This document shows positions 11,612 to 21,580 of a stretch of 64,000 nucleotides of DNA, piece after piece. This stretch comes from Mobula hypostoma (lineage: Eukaryota). The position numbers and the translations under genes were made by a program. Location: NCBI RefSeq assembly GCF_963921235.1, contig NC_086108.1, positions 99,388,001 to 99,452,000 of the forward strand. Direction: 5' to 3'. The notes beneath the pieces are model-generated. The model made no database searches, was not told where the DNA came from, and saw only the letters and a program-made list of their open reading frames with translations. Positions within the stretch are counted from its first letter, which is position 1; each line of letters starts with the position of its first letter.

Positions 11612-13768
11612 TTAGTCATAGTCATACTTCATTGATCCCGGGGGAAATTGGTTTTTGTTACAGTTGCACCATAAATAATAAATAATAATAGAACCATAAA
11701 TAGTTAAATAGTAATATGTAAATTATGCCAGTAAATTATGAAATAAGTCCAGGACCAGCCTATTGGCGCAGGGTGTCTGACCCTCCAAGGAAGGAGTTGT
11801 AAAGTTTGATGGCCACAGGCAGGAATGACTTCCTATGACGCTCTGTGCTGCATCTCGGTGGAATGAGTCTCTGGCTGAATGTACTCCTGTGCCCACCCAG
11901 TACATTATGTAGTGGATGGGAGACATTGTCCAAGATGGCATGCAACTTGGACAGCATCCTCTTTTCAGACACCACCGTGAGAGAGTCCAGTTCCATCCCC
12001 ACAACATCACTGGCCTTACGAATGAGTTTGTTGATTCTGTTGGTGTCTGCTACCCTCAGCCTACTGCCCCAGCACACAACAGCAAACATGATAGCACTGG
12101 CCACCACAGACTTGTAGAGCATTGTCCAGCAGATATTAAAGAAGCTCAGTCTCCTCAGGAAATAGAAATGGCTCTGACCCTTCTTGTAGACAGCCTCAGT
12201 GTTCTTTGACCAGTCCAGTTTATTGTCAATTCGTATCCCCAGGTATTTGTAATCCTCCACCATGTCCACACTGACCCCCTGGGTGGAAACAGGGGTCACC
12301 GGTACCTTAGCTCTCCTCAGGTCTACCACCAGCTCCTTAGTCTTTTTCACATTAAGCTGCAGATAATTCTGCTCACACCATGTGACAAAGTTTCCTACAG
12401 TAGCCGTGTACTCAGCCTCATCTCCCTTGCTGATGCATCCAACTATGACAGGGTCATCCGAAAACTTCTGAAGATGACAAGACTCTGTGCAGTAATTGAA
12501 GTCCGAGGTGTAAATGGTGAAGAGAAAGGGAGACAAGACAGTCCCCTGTGGAGCCCCAGTGCTGCTGATCACTCTGTCGGACACACAGTGCAAGCACACA
12601 TACTGTGGTCTGCCAGTCAGGTAATCAAGAATCCATGATACCAGGGAAGCATCCACCTGCATCGCTGTCAGCTTCTCCCCCAGCAGAGCAGGGCGGATGT
12701 TGTTGAACGCACTGGAGAAGTCAAAAAACATGACCCTCACAGTGCTCGCTGGCTTGTCCAGGTGGGCGTAGACACGGTTCAGCAGGTAGACGATGGCATC
12801 CTCAACTCCTAGTCGGGGCTGGTAGGCAAACTGGAGGGGATCTAAGTGTGGCCTGATAATAGGCCGGAGCAGCTCCAGAACAAGTCTCTCCAGGGTCTTC
12901 ATGATGTGGGAGGTCAATGCCACCGGTCTGTAGTCATTGAGGCCACTGGGGCGTGGCATCTTCGGCACAGGGACGAGGCAGGACGTCTTCCACAGCACAG
13001 GAACCCTCCGGAGCCTCAGGCTCAGGTTGAATACATGGTGAAGTACTCCACATAGCTGAGGGGCACAGGCTTTGAGCACCCTGGTACTGACACCATCTGG
13101 TCCTGCAGCCGTGCTTGGGCTGAGATGTTTCAGCTGTCTTCTCACCTGTTCAGCTGAGAAGGCCACCGTGGTGATTTCGTGTGGGGAAGGGGTATAGTCA
13201 TGAGAGCAAGGTGGGGGACTGTGAGGAGGGGTAGGAGGGGAGAGTGGAATATGTGTTGGTTTGGGGGCCGACAACAGATGGCTCGTGTGGGATGGGCAGG
13301 GGCCACAATGTCAAATCTGTTAAAGAAGTTCATTGGCCCTGTCCACACTGCCTTCCACTCCTCTGTTGCTAGTTTGCCGGAACCCAGTGATGGTCCTCAT
13401 CCCACTCCAGACTGCTCTCATGTTGTTCTGCTGGAGTTTCCACTCAAGCTTCCTCCTGTACCTGTCTTTAGCCTCCCTGATCCTGGCTTTCAGGTCCCTC
13501 TGTATTGTCCTCAGCTCCTCCCTATTTCCATCTCTTAAACGCCCTCTTTTTAGCGTTCAGGATGTCCTTAATGTCCTTTGTCACCCATGGCTTGTTATTT
13601 GAATAACAAAGGACAGTTCTTGTCGGAACATTGCAGTCCACACAGAAGTTGATGTAATCAGTGATGCACTCTGTGAGCCCATCAATATCCTCTCCATGTG
13701 GCTCACAGAGTGCCTGCCAGTCTGTCACCTCAAAACAACCCTGGAGTGCCTCATAAGCCTCCTCTGAC
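11612..13768 (-). mobile_element. Young 5'-truncated Rex1/Babar LINE inserted into a V-SINE
   Basis: Long RT ORF, upstream KPWVTKDIK segment, (ATGACT)n-like tail at 11612-11626. The V-SINE head ends at about 11612 and resumes at about 13770. Confidence 0.9.
11760..13274 (-). pseudogene. Rex1/Babar reverse transcriptase ORF (504 aa open, N-terminally disrupted)
   Basis: AGPDGV, NDYRPVALTSHIMK, LDPLQFAYQ, FFDFSSAFN, GAPQGTVLSPFLF, KFSDD, YKYLG. A frameshift lies upstream and small in-frame deletions are present relative to the 14315 copy. Confidence 0.9.
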
Positions 13769-13769
13769 C

Positions 13770-14035
13770 ATTTTAATTCTAATTGTTGTCTGTAAGCAGT
13801 TTGTACATTCTCCTTGCGACTGCATGGGTTTCCTCTGGGTGCTCCAGTTTCTCCCGCATTCCAAAGGCATCTTGATTAGGGTTAGCAAGTGTGGGCGTGC
13901 TATGCTGGTGGTGGAACAATGGTTACAATTGTGGGCTGCACCCAGCACAGCCTCCGACGGTATTGGTCATTGGTGCAAAGGACACATTTCACTGTCTATT
14001 TCGATGTTCAAGTGACGCATAAAGCTAATGTTTAA
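13770..14035 (+). mobile_element. V-SINE (HE1-like) body
   Basis: V-domain 'tgggtttcctctgggtgctccagtttctcccgcattccaaagg'. Confidence 0.7.
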
Positions 14036-14314
14036 TGAAAAGCTATACACAAACAAAAACTGAAAAACAGCCAATATGCAAAAGAAGATACACTGTGCAG
14101 CTGAAAATAATACTGAGAACATGAGTTGTCGAGTCTTTGAAAGGAGTCTACAAGTTGTGGAAAATGTTGAGTGCTGAGATGGGTGAAGATATCCACACCG
14201 GTTCAGAAGCCTAGGTAATTACTGTTCCTGAACCTGGTGGTATAAAAGCAAAGTCACAAGCATATACTGGGACACTCCACCCTCACTGTTCAGATAGAAT
14301 GATATTTTGAAGAG

Positions 14315-15277
14315 ACTGGGGCTCCACAGGGGACTGTCTTGTCTCCCTTTCTCTTCACCATTTACACCTCGGACTTCAACTACTGCACAGTCTTGCCATC
14401 TTCAGAAGTTTTCGGATGACTCTGCCATAGTTGGATGCATCAGCAAGAGAGATGAGGCTGAGTACAGGGCTACGGTAGGAAACTTTGTCACATGGTGTGA
14501 GCAGAATTATCTGCAGCTTAATGTGAAAAAGGCTAAGGAGCTGGTGGTAGACCTGAGGAGAGCTAAGGCACCAGTGACCCCTGTTTCCATCCAGGGGGTC
14601 AGTGTGGACATGGTGGAGGATTACAAATACTTGGGGATATGAATTGACAATAAACTGGACTGGTCAAAGAACACTGAGGCTGTCTACAAGAAGGGTCAGA
14701 GCCGTCTCTATTTCCTGAGGAGACTGAGGTCCTTTAACATCTGTTGGACGATGCTGAGGATATTCTATGAGTCTGTGGTGGCCAGTGCGATCATGTTTGC
14801 TGTTGTGTGCTGGGGCAGCAGGCTGAGGGTAGCAGACACCAACAGAATCAACAAACTCATTCGTAAGGACAGTGATGTTGTGGGGATGGAACTGGACTCT
14901 CTGACGGTGGTGTCTGAAAAGAGGATGCTGTCCAAGTTGCATGCCATTTTGGACAATGTCTCTCATCCACTACATAATGTACTGGTTGGGCATAGGAATA
15001 CATTCAGCCAGAGACTCATTCCACCGAGATGCAACTCTGAGCGTCATAGGAAGTCATTCCTGCCTGTGGCTAGCAAACTTTACAACTCCTCCCTTGGAGG
15101 GTCAGACACCCTGAGCTAATAGGCTGGTCCTGGACTTATTTCCATCTGGCATAATTTACATATTATCTAATTATTTATGGTTTTATATTATTATATTTAT
15201 ATTCTATGCTTGGTTGGTGCAACTGTAACGAAACTCAATTTCCCTTGGGAGCAATAAGGTATGTCTGTCTGTCTGTC
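14315..15277 (+). mobile_element. Rex1/Babar LINE 3' fragment
   Basis: Near-identical inverted copy of 11630-12560 (KFSDDSAIVG...RHRKSFLP), with a (GTCT)n tail. Confidence 0.9.
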
Positions 15278-16606
15278 ATTTGGGAGATACATTTGGCTTT
15301 GGAGCATTGTTTTTCAGTTGCTCTCTCTGCTTGAAAAGAAGATGGGATATCACATAGGGAGATAATTGATTGGGGGGGGGGGTCATGCCATTTCAGGATG
15401 ACCAAGGGTAGAAGGAGAGGGTATCTGTTGAAAGGGTGAACAGGGTGAACTTGAGGACATCAGCTTAGGTTGAGGGGGTGGAGGAAGTAATAGGACTCTT
15501 GAATGACAAAGAGAATTGAAAGGTGCCACCTCTCTGCCCATCACAGTTGAAACTTGTGCAACAACACTGGTCAGAGACCGTCAGTTCGGAAACCACCCCT
15601 CTGTCAGTGCCCTCTGATTCCCATGACCAGATCAAGTTTGTATTCAACCTCGCAACTCACCGTGGATCCCATGTGACTTAATCTCATGGAACAGCCTTCG
15701 GGGGGGACAAATGTTTTACCAAAGTCCACGTGGATTGCCCTACTCTCATTAATCATCTTTGTTATCTCTTCTAAAAACTTGAGCAAATTTGGAAGATGAC
15801 CTCCATTACACAAAGTCGTGCTGACCAAGCTTAATAAGTGCATTTTCCAAATGCAGGTATGGTATTGGATTATCACTGTCTCATGTGCCAAGATATAGTT
15901 AAAAGCTTGTCTTGCACACTGTTCATACAGATTAAATCATTACATAATGCATTGAGGTACATTAGAATAAGATAAAACAATAACAGTATGGAATAATGTG
16001 TGTGCTTGTCCATCATCGACGTCGATGAGGACCTCAACACCATTATGATGGTGTCGAGACTAGCGTGTGATTTGAATTTAAGTGAGGGAGAGTTGCGCAG
16101 CGTCAGCCTCACTCTCTCTTCCCAATTCCTATCTGGATCCAGTGGCAAGACAGTCGAGATGGCTGGAGATGGGACTAGGCGCAGTGGATGACCACGACGT
16201 CTTCTGTGTCTTGTCCTGCTCTACACGTTCCACGAAGATTGCAGAGACCACCGTCTTGACCGTTGGACCTTCCATTGGTCTCATCCGCTCAATCTGCCGG
16301 AGTCTGTCTTCACATGCTGGGATAGACAACTCCCTATCACACTGAGGGTTTGAGACCCGTTGACTACCCTCACCTAGTTTAGCCAGCTTGTCGAAGCTGT
16401 TGCCCGGGGTGCGGCCGCTGTCACATGCAAACAGCTACAGGGAGCCACAGGTGAGAGCTGAGTGCCAGGTGGGGACCAAAGGTGGACTAACCACCTTGAA
16501 AAGGACGCAAATAACAGGAATTCTGCAGATGCTGGAAATTCAAGCAAAACACATCAAAGTTGCTGGTGAACGCAGCAGGCCAGGCAGCATCTGTAGGAAG
16601 AGGTGC

Positions 16607-16642
16607 AGTCGACGTTTCAGGCCGAGACCCTTCGTCAGGACT
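16607..16642 (-). ncRNA. Minimal type-I hammerhead ribozyme
   Basis: Reverse complement: AGTC-CTGACGA-A-GGGTCTCGGCCT-GAAA-CGTC^GACT. Confidence 0.8.
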
Positions 16643-16688
16643 AACTGAAGGAAGAGTGAGTAATCCCTTACTCACTCTTCCTTCAGTT

Positions 16689-16724
16689 AGTCCTGACGAA
16701 GGGTCTCGGCCTGAAACGTCGACT
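16689..16724 (+). ncRNA. Minimal type-I hammerhead ribozyme
   Basis: AGTC (stem I), CTGACGA core, A, GGGTCTCGGCCT (stem II), GAAA, CGTC^, GACT (stem I'). Predicted cut after 16720. Confidence 0.8.
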
Positions 16725-17469
16725 GCACCTCTTCCTACAGATGCTGCCTGGCCTGCTGCGTTCACCAGCAACTTTGATGTGTTTTGCTTGAAAAGGACGC
16801 GGCATGTTACCCCACCAGAGGTGCTACCCCTCCCTGACACCCCATACACCCCAAATAATGTGTAAAAGCTACCAAAAAAGCAGTGCAGGTAAATGGTAAC
16901 AATGCAATATCAAAGAGGTAGTTTGTGAAGCGAAAAATCCAACTAATCCATACACGAGGTCCATTTATGAGTCTGATTACCGTGGGATGGAAGCTGTCCT
17001 TGAGCCTGGTGGTATGTGCTTTCTGGATTTTATATCTTCTGCCCGATAGGAGAGAGGATAAAAGAGAGTATCGGCGGGGGTGGGGGGGGGGGGGCTCTTT
17101 CATTATGCTGGCTGCCTTACTGAGGCAGCAAGAAGTGTTCTCCAGTAATTTCTCAATAACTGTAAGGCTCACTAGCCCCTGGAATTTCCCTGTTTCTTAA
17201 ACAAAGGAATAACATTGGTTATTCTCCCCCAGCATCGGGGAGAGGTACAGGAGTCTAAAGGCCCACACTCAACATTTTAGGAACATCTTGCTTTTGCCAT
17301 CAAATTTCTGAACAGTTCATGAACCCACAGCACCACCTCATTATTCATCTTTTACACTTTATTTATTTTTCAAACTTATAATGACTTTCATGTATTGCAC
17401 TGTACTGCTGTTGCAAAACAAGCACATTTCATGACATATGCCAATGATAATAAACTGATTTTGATTCTT

Positions 17470-18090
17470 ATACCAACTTCACCTATCCAAAGAGGACAGA
17501 AAAATCTTTGTTAAGGCCTCAGCAATCTTCTCCCTTGCCTTCGTCAGTATTCTGAGATAGTTTCCATCAGACCCTGGGTACTTATCCTCCTTAATATTTC
17601 ATAAGATATCTAACCCCTTCTTGTTAATATGAAAATGCCCTAGAATATGAACAGAGCTGTCCTTGATCTCACCATTATCTATGTCTTCCTTAGTGAATAC
17701 TGATGTGAAATATTTATTCAGGACCTTCACCCACTTCCTCTGCCTCCAAGCATAATTTCCTTCCTTTGTCCTTGAGTGGTCCCACTCTTTCCCTAGCAAA
17801 CCTCTTGCTCCTAATATATGTATTAAATGCCTTGGGATACTTGCCAAGGGCATTTCATGAACCCTTTTAGCCTTCCAAATTCCATGTTTAAACTCTCTCT
17901 TGCTTCCTTTATATTCCTCAAGGGTCTTAAGTGATTTCAGCCCTCTGGGATATTACACCTGCTTCTTTTTTATTTTTGATTAAATTTATAGTATCTCTTG
18001 TCATCCAAGTCTCCTGAATTTTTCACACTAGTCTTGAACTGGTCTTTAATATTCCAACATCAAATGTGGATTTCCTTGAAAGCAGCTGCT
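17470..18090 (-). mobile_element. Old CR1 LINE fragment
   Basis: ORF 17599-17853 contains VLNKYFTSVFTKED. Confidence 0.65.
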
Positions 18091-18760
18091 GCCAATCAGA
18101 TTACGTTTGTTACAGTGGATAAATATTTGTCAGGGCACTGAGAATTTGGGCGGTGTCCTGTTTCAAATCTCTTCTCAAAGGCAGTGCTGCCAACAGAGCA
18201 GCTCCTCCTCATTTCTGCATAGTAGTACCACCTTGGAAAGTCTAAGAACTAGGGCAGACACTCCCTCAAGCCAAATCTGTCATTCAATAAGATTGTGGCA
18301 AATCTGATTAACTTTATCTTCATTTTTTTTGCCTGATCTCTATAACCCTTGATTTCATCATAGACAAAAATATCCATTGCAGCCCTAATTCATGTCACAT
18401 TGTGAGAAGAAGTTCCACCCTATATCCACCTAAAGTGGCCAGTCTTTTAATTGCCCCCGTTCTACACTTTTCCACCAAGGATCCACTTTATCAAATCCTC
18501 TCAGAATCTTGTATAATTCAGAGAGTCACAGAGTCTACAGAATAGAAACAACCCCCTCAACCCACCCTATCGTTGATGATCACCAAATATCTAACCAGAC
18601 TAAAATTGGGAAATTGTTTTATGATTGTCACATGTACAGTGAAAAACTTTGTTTTGCTTGCCTTCCATTTCATCACACCAGTACATTGACTTGGTGTGAT
18701 GGAAATTCAATTACAGAATGCAGAGTAAAGTGTTAAAGAACAGAGAAAGAGTAGACAATA

Positions 18761-19515
18761 TACACTCTGGACACGTAATTAGGTACACCTGTACACTTGC
18801 TCATTAATGCAAATAGCTAATTAGTCAATCATGTGACAGCAGCTCAATGTATAAAAACATGCAGACATGGTCATGAGGTTCAGTTGTCGTTCAGACTGAA
18901 CATCAGAATGGAGAGGAAGTGTGATCCAAGTGACTTTGAGTACGGAATGATTGTTGGTGCCAGGCAAGGTGGTTTGAGTATCTCAGAAACTTCTGACCTC
19001 CTGGGATTTTTACACATAACAGTCTCTGGAGTTTACAGAAAATGGCGCAAAAAACAAAACAAAAAAATTCCTAGGGAGTAACACACACAGAATATTGGAG
19101 GAACTCAGCAGGCCAAGCAGCATCTGTGGAAAATAGTACAGTCAACGTATTCTTTTCCATAGATGCTGCCTGGCCTGCTGAGTTCCTCCAGCATTTTGTG
19201 TGTTGCTTGAATTTCCAGCATCTGCAGATTTTCTCTTGCTTGTGATATCCCAGTGAGTGGCAGCTCTGTGGGAAAGAAATACCTTGTTAATGAAAGATGT
19301 CAGAGGAGAATGGCCAAACTGGTTCAAGCCTACATGAAGGTGACAGTAACTCAACTAACCATGCATTTTGACAGTGGTGTGCAGGAGAGCATCTTAAACT
19401 CACAGAACATCAATACTTGAGGTGGGTGGGCTACAGCAGCAGAAGACTACAAGTCTGCACTCAATAGTTACTTTAATTGGTACAGGATTGCCTAATGAAG
19501 TGGCCACTGAGTGTA
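18761..19515 (+). mobile_element. Non-autonomous Tc1-like transposon
   Basis: TA-flanked TIRs. Transposase N-terminus SDFEYGMIVGARQGGLSISETSDLLGF...VSGVYRKW (paired-like HTH). Confidence 0.85.
19080..19244. mobile_element. Short fold-back PLE pseudo-LTR insertion inside Tc1
   Basis: Inverted arms 'ggaggaactcagcaggcca.gcagcatct' / 'agatgctgcctggcctgctgagttcctcc', with a tail on one side and a diverged flanking duplication. Confidence 0.75.
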
Positions 19516-19529
19516 GATGTGCAGTGATG

Positions 19530-20121
19530 AGTATACGGACTGGCTGCATACGGCCTGGCATGGAATCCCCGGTGCAAAAGGACAGAATCACCTACAAAGG
19601 GCGGTAGATACAGCTCAGTCTGTCACAAAAAGAGTCCTTCCCACTACTGAGCACATTTACAAGTAGTGGTGCTGCAAGAAAGCAGTGTCAGTTACCAAAG
19701 ACCCCCACCATCCAGGCCATACACTCTTTTCACTGCTGCTAACGGGCAGTGGGTACATGAGCCTTTGTGTCACGCACCACTAGGTCAGGAACAGTTGTTA
19801 CCCTTCAACCATTAGGCTCCTAAATTAGCGTGGATAACTTCGCTCACCGCAACACTGAACTGATCATCAAACACAACCTGTGGACTCACTTTCAAAGGCT
19901 CTACAACTCACGTTCTCAGTACACTTTATTTATTTATTTATCATTTATATTGGCACCGTTTCTCTTTTGACAATTGGTTGCTTGTCTGCCTTTATGTGCA
20001 CTTTCTCAATGATTCCATTGTATTTCTTTGTTCTTTCTGTGAATGCCTGCAAGAAAATAATCTCAGGATAGTATCTGGCGATATTTGCCCACTTTGTTAA
20101 TAAATTTACTTTGAACTTTGA
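19530..20121 (+). mobile_element. Rex1/Babar-like LINE 3' end
   Basis: KKA.S..KDPHHPGH.LFSLL motif. The 3' UTR ends 'aataaatttactttgaactttga'. Confidence 0.65.
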
Positions 20122-20140
20122 CAGTAAGGTGTAGGTCCAT

Positions 20141-20443
20141 GCAACACACACAAAATGATGGAGGAACTCAGCAGGCCAGGTAGCATCCATGGAAAAAAGT
20201 ACAGTCGATGTTTCGGACCGAGACCCTTCAGCGGGACTGGAGATAAAAAGATGAGGAGTAGAGTTAAAAGGTTATGGGGGGGGGCGGTGGTGGGAGAAAC
20301 GCAAGATGATAGGTGAAACTGGGAGGGGGAGCGGTGAAGTAAAGAGCTGGGAAGTTGATTGGAGAAGCTGCCTGACCTGTTGAGTTCCTCCAGCATTTTG
20401 TGTGTGTTGCTTGGATTTCTAGCATCGGCAGATTTTCTTGTGT
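20141..20443. mobile_element. Fold-back PLE pseudo-LTR insertion with decayed HHR on the minus strand
   Basis: Inverted ends with a tail on the right. Diverged TSD gtgtaggtccatg / gtgttagtccatg. Confidence 0.75.
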
Positions 20444-21169
20444 AAGTGTTAGTCCATGATGAGTTAGACTGTAAGGTCAAGATTTCATCTCATTGTACAA
20501 GAAGTGAATTTACTAGTCTTACAACAGTTGGACAGAAGCTGTTGTTGAACCTGGTGGTACATGCTTTTGGGCTTTTCTATGTTCAGCCTGATGGAAGGAG
20601 GGAGAAAAAGTGCATGTTAAGGTTTGGACGAGTTTTTGATTATATTGACTGCTTTGCTGTGGCAGGGAGAAGTGTAGCCAGAATCCACGGAGGGGAAGCT
20701 GGTCTCTGTGATATGGTGAGCTGTTTCCACAACTCTCTGCAGTTTCTTACATTACAAAACCATAACACTGTTGAACTCTGTGGGCATGCTATTTTGGCAC
20801 CAGAAGTATGGCAACGCTAATGGGCTGCCCTCAGCATAACCTTAGACAGTGTTGGTTGTTAACGCAATCAACACATTTCACTATATGAGTCGATGTACAT
20901 GTGACAATAAACCTAATCCTGAAATCTTGAACCTTGAATCATCTGACAGAATGCTTTTTATGGTGCACCTATAAAAATTAGTGAGGGTCAATAGGTTCAT
21001 GCCAAATTTCTTTAGCCTCCTGATGAAGTAGAGGTGCTGTTGGGCTTTCTTGGTAAATTCCATTTATCAACTCCTGGTCCAGAGACTTCTATATCTTTGC
21101 AGTTCAAGTGGTTACCTAGAGAGTTGCCAAATACTGTGAGAGTTTTTGCCTGCACCGCTAATGGTCCAA

Positions 21170-21580
21170 CAAGAAGACCTCAGCCTTGTGGTTTGGAGAA
21201 TGGCGTGCCTCAGTGACCTGGAGTGCTATTGTTGGCTGGAGTCAGGGCTTTGTGCTTTGGCTCTTGGTAGGGTCACCCATGCCAAACAAGTGCAAGGGTA
21301 GAGGTCAGACTGAGTGGTCCACTGGTCCTCCCGGTTCGGGGGTTCAGCACAGGGCTAGCGATCCTGACTGGTAAAACAAAATATTTACAGAAACAGCAGT
21401 GAAGGATCCTTCCACATCTGAGTGAGACGGTATTTCCGAGTCTGCACCCGAGACTTGCGTGACTGACAGTAGTGAAGACCGAGAGAAGGTTACTGAGATG
21501 ATGAAGGAAGCCCTGAACACCACCAGGGATGGGGACCTTCATCGCTGCCCTAAACACCAGTGCCGTAAGAGGCAGTAACA
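21170..21580 (+). mobile_element. RTE-clade bipartite element (Expander/BovB-like 5' UTR fused to RTE 3' end)
   Basis: 5' motif 'ggtagggtcacccatgccaaaca...cagact.agtggtccac'; 3' end 'ttcatcgctgccctaaacaccag...ggcagtaa'. Further copies at 50490 and 53280. Confidence 0.65.

Larger units (their letters stand above)
16509..16786. mobile_element. Fold-back PLE pseudo-LTR insertion (perfect palindrome plus 30-bp tail)
   Basis: Perfect inverted repeat 16539-16792 with loop TCCC (16664-16667). TSD CTTGAAAAGGACGC at 16495-16508 and 16787-16800. Confidence 0.9.
15996..16845 (-). mobile_element. RTE-derived bipartite non-autonomous element, interrupted by the PLE palindrome
   Basis: CpG-rich and homologous to 4088-4565. 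The 3' end has two stem-loops and a (CA)n-like tail. It is split at the 14-bp TSD cttgaaaaggacgc. Confidence 0.55.

Noticed and set aside
11760..13274. 504-aa ORF as a host or domesticated gene
   Set aside because: It is Rex1/Babar RT within a truncated LINE, with an upstream frameshift and a near-identical broken copy nearby.
16539..16792. Assembly fold-back artefact or DNA-transposon MITE
   Set aside because: The exact 14-bp TSD, the resumption of the interrupted host element and the diverged analogues elsewhere argue for a real PLE insertion. Read-level confirmation is still advisable.
16487..16865. Mirror-image ORFs on both strands (LVNAAGQAASVGRG...)
   Set aside because: They are a by-product of the perfect palindrome and show no coding signature.
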